Below are positions 17,615 through 24,684 of a stretch of 64,000 nucleotides of DNA, piece by piece. Numbering within the stretch: the first letter of the stretch is position 1; the number at the start of each line of letters is the position of its first letter. The notes beneath the pieces are model-generated. The model worked only from the letters and a program-made list of their open reading frames with translations. It ran no database searches and had not been told where the DNA came from. The DNA comes from a virus. Location: IMG/VR virus record IMGVR_UViG_3300045988_159685; one strand, written 5' to 3'. The position numbers and the translations under genes are program-made.

Positions 17615-17657
17615 TTACTCGTACAGGAATTGAACCTGTAATGCAACCAGTCGAGCA
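17615..17657 (-). ncRNA. tRNA-Glu-derived minihelix (acceptor + T arm only), no CCA
   Basis: Minus strand TGCTCGA-CTGGTTGCATT-ACAGG-TTCAATT-CCTGT-ACGAGTA-A. The D and anticodon arms are deleted relative to the tRNA-Glu copies. Confidence 0.45.
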
Positions 17658-17819
17658 ACAAAACATTCCCACAAAAAAGGAATATCATATATCTTCGTAT
17701 AGACTACGATAGCTATTACTTATATTTGAGGCCAGATTTTTATTATTTTACTTTGTGAATATAGCCTAAAACACAAAGGTCATAAAATTAAAGGTTTTCA
17801 AAAAGCACCCATTTTTTGC

Positions 17820-18461
17820 TTAGTACGAAATTTCGATTTCGGTTATAGCGTTCGATACGCTGATAGCCGAGTCAAAATCAATCTTAAACTTGTCTATACG
17901 ATCGACAAGGTCAGAAATGATTTCGGCAGTGTCAAAACCCTCGATAATTTCAAAAGTGTTCGCCTTTATGAAATTGGTTTTCGCCTCCTCTATTTCCTTT
18001 GTAACAGCTTTACCGTCTTTTGAACCAAACATTCCAAGTACATACTCATCGGCACGCCCCTGTAATGTTTCGCCGTTCTCATAATTACATCTGTCCTGTG
18101 CAGCTTTAAGCTGTTTAGACATATGCTTCAAAAGATCTTCCTCAAATTCAATGCCGTGATTCTTATACTCTATAGCCTCGGCAATAGTCAGTTTCATACC
18201 CTGTATTGTGACTTCGGTCTCGGCATTTGAAAGCGTAACGGCACGCTTAATTGCCTTACGCCTTTTTATAAGGTCGGCTATTTTGTCATAGCTCGCCTTG
18301 AAGCCATTCTTAGCTTCTTCAATAGAGACGCCATTTATCTTTGTGTTGCTATGTTTGTTCTCAACCACAAATTTTGCATCTTTGATAAGGGCGGGTATCC
18401 TCTTATCGAGAATCTTAAGCTCACAAAGTGCCTGATGAATCGTCATTTTTTCGTTAGTCAT
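17820..18461 (-). CDS. hypothetical protein (213 aa, acidic, helical)
   Basis: ORF track; SD AAAGGAG; isolated between tRNA units. Confidence 0.6.
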   Translation of the reverse strand: MTNEKMTIHQALCELKILDKRIPALIKDAKFVVENKHSNTKINGVSIEEAKNGFKASYDKIADLIKRRKAIKRAVTLSNAETEVTIQGMKLTIAEAIEYKNHGIEFEEDLLKHMSKQLKAAQDRCNYENGETLQGRADEYVLGMFGSKDGKAVTKEIEEAKTNFIKANTFEIIEGFDTAEIISDLVDRIDKFKIDFDSAISVSNAITEIEISY

Positions 18462-18515
18462 TTCAAAAACTCCTTTGAATTTTAAAATTTACAGACCTGA
18501 TTATGCCTGTATTGA

Positions 18516-18575
18516 TGGTGGCTCACACAGGATTTACACCTGTACTCTCACTGGGGATAAGAGTCTATTTGAGCC
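18516..18575 (-). ncRNA. 60-nt tRNA-like element (acceptor + T arm + one irregular hairpin), CCA encoded
   Basis: GGCTCAA-ATAG-ACTCT-TATCCCCAGTG-AGAGT-ACAGG-TGTAAAT-CCTGT-GTGAGCC-A-CCA. There is no D arm and the middle loop is 11 nt. Confidence 0.45.
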
Positions 18576-18628
18576 ATAGCGATGCAAAGCATCGCACTCA
18601 GAAAAAGAAGGGAATGCCCAAAACGGGC

Positions 18629-18704
18629 TGGTGACTCACGCAGGATTTGAACCATGCAATTCCGCCCTGAGAAGGCGGCGTCTTAACCGTTTGACCAGTG
18701 AGCC
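18629..18704 (-). tRNA. tRNA-Glu(CUC), copy B (bulged U in T stem; may be a pseudogene)
   Basis: GGCTCAC-TG-GTCAAACGGTTAAGAC-G-CCGCC-TTCTCAG-GGCGG-AATT-GCA(T)GG-TTCAAAT-CCTGC-GTGAGTC-A-CCA. Confidence 0.65.
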
Positions 18705-18728
18705 ATAAGGCGGAGAACTCCGCCTATA

Positions 18729-19673
18729 TTACTTTTCTTTAAAGGTTGGCGAACAGCTCTCAAAGAATTCTTTTACGTTGACATTGTATTTCTCAAGAAT
18801 CGCAACGATAACTTTTTGTACCTTGTCCCATTCGTCATCTTTGATATACTGAATATACGGTGTCTTGCGATTGCCACGCTTTTTGAGGTCAATCCCGTAG
18901 CGATAACTAAGCTGCTTATATAGCATACTGAAAGCCACGCCGAAACTGATATGCAAAGTCGAAGCAAACTTACGCATAACTCTGTTGAACATTTTGCGGT
19001 CTGAAATATGTAAGACCTCGGCTGTTAAAAGCTTGTTTGACGTTTCAATTCTGTCGATATGACGCCGCTGAAACGCCGTGTAAGCCTGGGCGGCTGTCGC
19101 AAATTCCATGATATCACCCGTGGCAAAAGCCTTGCCGATTGCCGCTTGGAGCTTTTCTTCGTCGTCGATATCTTGCGTGAGAAGTTCGGGCTTTTCCTCG
19201 GCGGTGTGTTCGACAATGTTTAGGAGCTGTGTCCTGACCTCTTGGGCTATCTTGCTATCACGAAGAAGCATGCCTATTCTGAGGATGGCACGCTTTGAGA
19301 AACACTTGATGCCTCGGTTTGGGATTTCAAGGTGGGTATTATCGTCGATTTGGATAACAAGTTTGCCGTTTTGTTGCTCAAAATTCTTAAAGGTACAACT
19401 TGTACCTTTAAGAATTTCTTTAAAGATTGTAGGCGTTTTAGTTGCAACGCCATCACCCTCAATCTCAGTGCGGTTTCGCTGACAACAACGCTTTATAGTA
19501 TCAATATCAACCTCATAATAATCCGCCACCTGCCTAATAGTCATACAGTTCATCTCAGGTATCAAAAGCAGCTTCTTAACCTTATCAAGAACCTCAGTTC
19601 TGGCAATAAGCTCGTTTCTGAGGTCATGGTTGTCTACCATGCTTTCGCTCGTGATGATTTTACTTTCTGGCAT
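18729..19673 (-). CDS. putative DNA-binding regulator / antirepressor (KilA-N / ORF6N-like)
   Basis: MTIRQVADYYEVDIDTIKRCCQRNRTEIEGDG...RGIKCFSKRAILRIGMLLRDSKIAQEVRTQLL resembles ORF6N-type domains. SD GAGGAGGTG. Operator-like palindromes lie upstream and inside the gene. Confidence 0.5.
   Translation of the reverse strand: MPESKIITSESMVDNHDLRNELIARTEVLDKVKKLLLIPEMNCMTIRQVADYYEVDIDTIKRCCQRNRTEIEGDGVATKTPTIFKEILKGTSCTFKNFEQQNGKLVIQIDDNTHLEIPNRGIKCFSKRAILRIGMLLRDSKIAQEVRTQLLNIVEHTAEEKPELLTQDIDDEEKLQAAIGKAFATGDIMEFATAAQAYTAFQRRHIDRIETSNKLLTAEVLHISDRKMFNRVMRKFASTLHISFGVAFSMLYKQLSYRYGIDLKKRGNRKTPYIQYIKDDEWDKVQKVIVAILEKYNVNVKEFFESCSPTFKEK
19381..19417. promoter_or_regulatory. 37-bp perfect palindrome inside CDS 18729..19673
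   Basis: AAATTCTTAAAGGTACAA-C-TTGTACCTTTAAGAATTT. Its arm differs by one base from upstream operator O1. Confidence 0.6.
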
Positions 19674-19729
19674 AATTTCACCTCCTCTTGTAAAACAAAT
19701 TGAACATCTTGCTTAGTTAGTAACCTAAA

Positions 19730-19862
19730 TTCTTAACGGAACAAGTTGTTCCTTTAAGAAATATCCATCTTTAATGGGATAAGTTGTTCCTTTAAAAGCA
19801 CTTGAATAGAGTTTAGACTTTTTTGCTATAATGCCATTTGAACTAACGGAACATCTTGTTCC
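19730..19862. promoter_or_regulatory. three operator-like sites upstream of the regulator gene
   Basis: O1 19730..19760 TTCTTAACGGAACAAGTTGTTCCTTTAAGAA. O2 19776..19790 GGGATAAGTTGTTCC(TTTAAAAG). O3 19848..19862 GGAACATCTTGTTCC(TTTAG). Also a half-site GAACATCTTGC at 19702. Confidence 0.6.
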
Positions 19863-19898
19863 TTTAGTAATTTTTAAAGATATTAAACTTACCTCTGC

Positions 19899-20072
19899 CT
19901 AACATTTAAGACTTATAATAACCGCAATCACCGTTATAATCAGATTAAGCAGTGCGCCGATCCACAGTGGTGATACCACCCAAAGCCAACTCCAGCATAT
20001 AACTTTAGTCAGTTTCAGTATGATAAATACGATAGTAAGCAGTCCGCAAAAACCAATTCCGCCGCTCTTCAT
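19899..20072 (-). CDS. small hydrophobic protein (57 aa, 2 predicted TM)
   Basis: Own translation MKSGGIGFCGLLTIVFIILKLTKVICWSWLWVVSPLWIGALLNLIITVIAVIISLKC. GGAGGGAG SD lies in the end of the upstream gene. Confidence 0.55.
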   Translation of the reverse strand: MKSGGIGFCGLLTIVFIILKLTKVICWSWLWVVSPLWIGALLNLIITVIAVIISLKC

Positions 20073-20074
20073 AA

Positions 20075-20308
20075 TTATTCTCCCTCCCTTACAATATGAA
20101 ATTTATCCACGCCGTAAATAACGCCAAGTGAGCGCCCATTGTCAAAATTGCAATGAATCGTACCAGCGTCATCGACATGATCAACCGTTCCAAGCGTATT
20201 CGGCTCAACTGGGTATGGATCATCAACCATTTTCTCAAGGCATATTCTTGTACCCTCGGGGAAAACTCTTTTGAGCCAAGATATCCTCTTGTCATTGTAT
20301 AAACTCAT
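20075..20308 (-). CDS. hypothetical protein, DUF4314-like
   Basis: VDDPYPVEPNTLGTVDHVDDAGTIHCNFDNGRSLGVIYGVDKF. ATGA overlap with the upstream gene. Confidence 0.5.
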   Translation of the reverse strand: MSLYNDKRISWLKRVFPEGTRICLEKMVDDPYPVEPNTLGTVDHVDDAGTIHCNFDNGRSLGVIYGVDKFHIVREGE

Positions 20309-20646
20309 ACCTTGCCTCTTTCAAACTCAATAACACCGCCATCGGCATCAACGACAACTGGGCGAATTGATAGGATATTTCTTGTGAATAAAAACGCACA
20401 GGCTAATGGCACGGCAATAACCGCACTCTCGGGCATAGCTATAGCCATAACGCCCATAGCAAAGCCGAGAACTTTCTGCATAATCCACAACACTTTGGCT
20501 GCTTTTCTTTCAAGTCTGCGGCTTTTATAGCTTTCTATGCGCTTTTTAAGCTCTCTTTCTTCTTTGTCACGTTCTTCTGCGTGTTTCATAGATCTGATTA
20601 ACTTTGTCAGGTCGTATGTATTATGTACGTTTTCAAAAGCGTCCAT
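20305..20646 (-). CDS. membrane protein (charged N-terminus, 2 TM)
   Basis: ORF track; VLWIMQKVLGFAMGVMAIAMPESAVIAVPLACAFLF; SD GGAGGTG. Confidence 0.55.
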   Translation of the reverse strand: MDAFENVHNTYDLTKLIRSMKHAEERDKEERELKKRIESYKSRRLERKAAKVLWIMQKVLGFAMGVMAIAMPESAVIAVPLACAFLFTRNILSIRPVVVDADGGVIEFERGKV

Positions 20647-20719
20647 AAAAACACCTCCATTTTAAAATAATAATAATGATTTTCTGATTACGCCTGAAAA
20701 TCACCATAAAATCTGGCGT

Positions 20720-20795
20720 TGGTGCGACTTATGGGGCTTGAACCCATGACCTCCGCATTAAAAGTGCGTTGCTCTACTAACTGAGCTAAAGCCGC
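20720..20795 (-). tRNA. tRNA-Lys(UUU), copy 2, CCA encoded
   Basis: GCGGCTT-TA-GCTC-AGTTAGTA-GAGC-A-ACGCA-CTTTTAA-TGCGG-AGGTC-ATGGG-TTCAAGC-CCCAT-AAGTCGC-A-CCA. Confidence 0.85.
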
Positions 20796-20888
20796 AAGCG
20801 CAGGCATCACACTACATTCCCATATGGTGGGATAAGCACTGTACCTGCTATGCCAATTTTCTTTTTGTGTAGCATTGGCAAACTACAC

Positions 20889-20975
20889 TGGTGCCGCTGA
20901 CGAGACTTGAACTCGTAAGGATTTTACTCCGAGGGTTTTTAAGACCCTTGTGTATGCCTATTCCACCACAGCGGC
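20889..20975 (-). tRNA. tRNA-Leu(UAA), long variable arm, CCA encoded
   Basis: GCCGCTG...AGGGT-CTTAAAA-ACCCT-CGGAGTAAAATCCTT-ACGAG-TTCAAGT-CTCGT-CAGCGGC-A-CCA. Confidence 0.85.
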
Positions 20976-21085
20976 TTGTCTTGCCCACAACCCACAGAAG
21001 GCAAGTAATGTACGGCTCATCCGTACTTCCCTACGTATTCAGCGACTGATGCCACCGATGCGCGTCTAAGGACTGCGACGTCCTT

Positions 21086-21160
21086 TGGTGACTCGTGCAG
21101 GATTCAAACCTACGACTCCGCTCTGAGAAAGCGGTATCTTAATCACTTGACCAACGAGCC
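21086..21160 (-). tRNA. tRNA-Glu(CUC), copy C, CCA encoded
   Basis: GGCTCGT-TG-GTCAAGTGATTAAGAT-A-CCGCT-TTCTCAG-AGCGG-AGTC-GTAGG-TTTGAAT-CCTGC-ACGAGTC-A-CCA. Confidence 0.85.
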
Positions 21161-21458
21161 ATAAGGCGGCTTTTGACCGCCTACTGAATAAAAAGAAAGG
21201 AATTTTAAATCAATGCTAATATCTAACTTATGTAACCCTCTACACGAGGGCTGGCACAATAAGCATAATTCACCACCTCCGTTCCTACTCATACCAGCCG
21301 AGCCCAATATTTCAATATCACCTAAGCCTTGCAATAAACCGCAGTAATAGACTTTTAGCGGGTTATGCCGTACTTAGACGCCGCAAATTATTTAACGTGG
21401 CTTGCGGTTACCACTTACTCAAATGAGCATATCAACTACCTCTTTTCAAAAAAACTTG

Positions 21459-21935
21459 TTAGGTCTCTTTATTAATTTGTGATTCTACAACGAAATACTC
21501 TCTTGCGTCTTCGTAGTTCTTGGCCATTTTTATAATTTCATCGTCTCGCTTCTGAAGTAACGCTCTTCTTTTTTCAGCAAGTTCTTTGTCATTGTAGTAA
21601 CCAAGAAGGGAATATTCCCCATACTTGCCAAGAGAGAACAGCACATAGGCTGTCGTGGCGCTATCATCTACTTCGATTTCGTCAAAGTGGATGGCTGTGT
21701 TTTCATAGTCATCACTGTCAAACAGGTCATTTTCGATAATCCAATTATTGGTTTTTTCGATACTTTCGACCTGCTCTCTTGCCACCTTGATAGCTACTTC
21801 TTTTGAAGTATATATGCCAATCAAGGCATATTCGGGGTATAAATGCCATGAAGAATCAACCTTCATAACAACATATAACTTTTGACTTTCTTGGTTGCTT
21901 TCGCAAGAAGTTTCGATTGTAAATTTTGTCAACAT
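21459..21935 (-). CDS. hypothetical protein with two similar halves
   Basis: YALIGIYTSKEVAIKVAREQ and YSLLGYYNDKELAEKRRALL; SD GAGGAGGT. Confidence 0.55.
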   Translation of the reverse strand: MLTKFTIETSCESNQESQKLYVVMKVDSSWHLYPEYALIGIYTSKEVAIKVAREQVESIEKTNNWIIENDLFDSDDYENTAIHFDEIEVDDSATTAYVLFSLGKYGEYSLLGYYNDKELAEKRRALLQKRDDEIIKMAKNYEDAREYFVVESQINKET

Positions 21936-21962
21936 AAAATTACCTCCTCATTTTTCATAAAA

Positions 21963-22064
21963 TTAAAGTATAATACCATACTTACGGCAATATTCGACGG
22001 CTTCGCCTTTTGTGACAACTCCGTCATGCAATGCCTTCAATATGGCAATAGCAAGCTTATTCAT
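21963..22064 (-). CDS. possible 33-aa micro-ORF
   Basis: MNKLAIAILKALHDGVVTKGEAVEYCRKYGIIL; AAGGAGGT lies 5 nt upstream. Confidence 0.4.
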   Translation of the reverse strand: MNKLAIAILKALHDGVVTKGEAVEYCRKYGIIL

Positions 22065-22076
22065 AAAACTACCTCC

Positions 22077-22472
22077 TTACCTGTACCTAGAAAAGTGCAT
22101 TGATATACACTGGACAGCAAACTTTTCCGCCGCTGATTTACCGCCATGGCGTGGAACCTCGGCAAGTATTGACCGAGGACCCTGCTTGCCTACTTTTGGC
22201 GGATATTCTGCGGAAATATGCCTTTTTGCACACTCTTGTGCTATTTCAGAAGAATCTGGCTCAAATTTATCTTTGAACCATATTTTTGTATCGTCGTAAT
22301 ATGTATAAAAAATTACGACTCTATCTTTGTGTTTTTGCCCATGATAGACAAAATAAACGGGGCGTTTTACCCCGTCAATAATGAGTTGCCCTTGCCCATA
22401 AGCACCGCCCTTTAGGACGTGAAAACCATGAAATTTTAGCGGTTTTTGTGCTATATTTAGTGAAAATCTCAC
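22077..22472 (-). CDS. hypothetical protein
   Basis: ORF track 22077..22517. Start moved to GTG 22472, 6 nt after GGGAGG. Confidence 0.45.
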   Translation of the reverse strand: MRFSLNIAQKPLKFHGFHVLKGGAYGQGQLIIDGVKRPVYFVYHGQKHKDRVVIFYTYYDDTKIWFKDKFEPDSSEIAQECAKRHISAEYPPKVGKQGPRSILAEVPRHGGKSAAEKFAVQCISMHFSRYR

Positions 22473-22604
22473 CGTAAAACCTCCCTTTTCTGATTTTAAA
22501 GACAGATTGACCCTCAAGGGCTTTTACTAAGTGACGCCTTTTAGGTCGTTTTGAGTAAAAAGAAATTCCGCAAGGGTCAAAAAAATCCGCCTTAAAATTT
22601 GCAC

Positions 22605-22635
22605 AAAAAAAAGAGCGACAGAATAACTGTCACTC
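22605..22635 (-). terminator. rho-independent terminator
   Basis: Minus strand GAGTGACAG-TTATT-CTGTCGCTC followed by U8. Confidence 0.75.
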
Positions 22636-22685
22636 AATGTGCGTTGGTGAGGGGCTTTTACAGATACCCCTCAGAACTGTTTAAA

Positions 22686-23435
22686 CTAAGCCTTTACTGG
22701 CTCAGCTTTTGTTGCTTCTGGCTCGGCTTTTGCCGTCTTTTTAGCTGTCTTTTTGGCCGGCTTTTTGGCTGGCTCGGCTGGCTTATCAGCCTGTGAGTCT
22801 GCAAGTTTCTTATATGTTTCAGTGGCGTCATCAAGAACCGCCTGTTTGATGGAGTTTTTGGCATAACCGAGAGCACACTCTGTCTTGCTCTCACCAAAAT
22901 TCAACTCCTTAAAGCAGAAGTTAATAAACTGATATACGCTTACAGGCTTGACAGTCCAGCCCTCAGCAATAGCCTCTCTGTTGGATCTGGCGTATTTAAA
23001 GCAGTGTGCCTCTAATGTATCTATATCTGTAGACTTGCAGTTGACTTTTACACCGAGCCATGTTTTGAGGGCTTTAAGCTCATCAAAACACTCAGACTTT
23101 GAGTCTGTCATAGCCTTAATATCGTCAGCATCTCCAGACTCCGCAGCACGGCGCTTGCAAAGTCCATAGATGGCAAGTCGTGTCTGTAGAGCTTTGAACG
23201 GTTTAAGCCAGCCCTTAAAAGTATCACTGTCGATGTCAGGTGAAAAAAGCGACTTTGAAAATGATATAGCAAAACCAAAGCCCTCAAGTACAGAGTACAT
23301 TGTGCGTATAGACTTAATATTAAGCCTCTTAATGTAGCTCTTGATGTTGTCGATCTGCTCACTTGTTGTTGCTATGACCTCTACACCGTCGCCTGTTTTT
23401 GACTCCACGAGTCTGTAATTTTCCAAAATGTTCAT
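22686..23435 (-). CDS. first gene of the leftward arm; protein with histone-H1-like AKP-rich tail
   Basis: C-terminus DKPAEPAKKPAKKTAKKTAKAEPEATKAEPVKA. Start moved to the ATG of MNILEN after GGAGGG. Confidence 0.55.
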   Translation of the reverse strand: MNILENYRLVESKTGDGVEVIATTSEQIDNIKSYIKRLNIKSIRTMYSVLEGFGFAISFSKSLFSPDIDSDTFKGWLKPFKALQTRLAIYGLCKRRAAESGDADDIKAMTDSKSECFDELKALKTWLGVKVNCKSTDIDTLEAHCFKYARSNREAIAEGWTVKPVSVYQFINFCFKELNFGESKTECALGYAKNSIKQAVLDDATETYKKLADSQADKPAEPAKKPAKKTAKKTAKAEPEATKAEPVKA

Positions 23436-23634
23436 AATAGAACCCTCCAATAAAATTTAATTTTTGAGCTTTAAAGCCCTATTCAAGCCCACGAGCGACT
23501 ACTCATGAGCTTTATATAAAGCTTTAAACCGCCTTGCTTAATTCAAGACAGCTCAAAGAATTAGCCTACTTTTTTTGTGATTGAATTGTACGGCAAGCTT
23601 GCGTACTGCAAAGGCATACAGTTACCTTTACTCC

Positions 23635-23658
23635 ACGGGGCATCACGCCCGTTTTTTT
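23635..23658 (+). terminator. orphan terminator-like hairpin in the non-coding region
   Basis: ACGGG-8 nt-CCCGT followed by T7. There is no plus-strand CDS upstream. Confidence 0.35.
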
Positions 23659-24603
23659 GCTCAGTCGGCTCTTGCTATTCCAACACCCTAGGGGATGCGA
23701 CTTTACTGCGCTGTCGTCAGGGTATAGCTCGCCCGTAAAAATACAGGGTCATCGCCGATACTCGCTGAAATTTCAAGCAAGGTCTGAGCTAATTCAATCT
23801 ATGCTACACTTTTAACCATGAACGGCTCAGCGGTCTGTTCTCACAGCTCACGGCTCTATCATCTCTGATAGGCATATGTGAGTGCTTTACTGCTCGAATG
23901 ATATAGTTATAGTTTTTTCAAGATACTGGAGTTTAAAGAGTTCACGCTCTATGCTACTACATATCACAGGGCTTGATATTTGCTGTGGGTCACTGTATTG
24001 TGTAACCCCTTGCCCTGTTGACAATGATAGTATAAGCTATATTGAATTAAAAGTCAATAGCTTTTTTGAAAATATTTAAAATGCAAAAATGACTTTTTAT
24101 TATAAAAAGGAAGCAAGGACTAAATGCAAGCTATTTCGATAAGCTTGCATGAGGGGGTTAATAAAAAATATTTTTGTGCCCAGAACGCCGAAGAATCAAA
24201 GAGTAACACCATCTTTCACATCCGCCCTATTTTCGCAATCTTTTCTTCCGCTCCCCTCCCCTTTTTCATCCACGCATCGTCACTTTTGCAAAAAATGCGA
24301 TTCTTTGTAATGCAAGCTTTTAGGCTTATGAACGCAAGGTTTTTTGGTGACGCCCCCGAAAGAAAGCTTGTATTTCGCACATTTGTAAACTTTTTGTGAA
24401 CGCATTTCTCAAAGGCATAAGCATTTAACGCCGACTTAATCCGCCGCCAGAAAGCGACACGCAACCGTGGCGCCGTTTCAGCCCCAACGATCAATCTGAG
24501 TCCCATCCTGCAATCGTGCGCTCAGCACGCTTCGTACTTGCGCTTAATAGATTTATGCCTTAAATATAATTGTCAAAAAACGCATAGATATTTTCTAAAA
24601 AGC

Positions 24604-24632
24604 TTGACATTTAGCCAAAAATGGTGTATAAT
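24604..24632 (+). promoter_or_regulatory. consensus sigma-A/sigma-70 promoter
   Basis: TTGACA-17 nt-TATAAT, ~50 nt upstream of the integrase ATG. Confidence 0.75.
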
Positions 24633-24684
24633 ATGTATATAAGGATAAGGGTGATAAACCCCGTAGATAAAAGGAGATAGACAT

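Noticed and set aside
21143-21334. 63-aa ORF on the minus strand.
   Set aside because: Its 3' end overlaps tRNA-Glu C, it has no SD, and the region looks like structured non-coding RNA.
24018-24050. TTGACA at 24018 as a second plus-strand promoter.
   Set aside because: There is no acceptable -10 hexamer at 16-18 nt spacing. TATATT sits at 14 nt and TATTGA at 16 nt.
23882-24506. ORFs 23882..24079(+), 24124..24399(+) and 24216..24506(-) in the divergent region.
   Set aside because: They overlap each other on opposite strands, have no SD and have atypical amino-acid composition. The start of 24124 is part of a palindrome.
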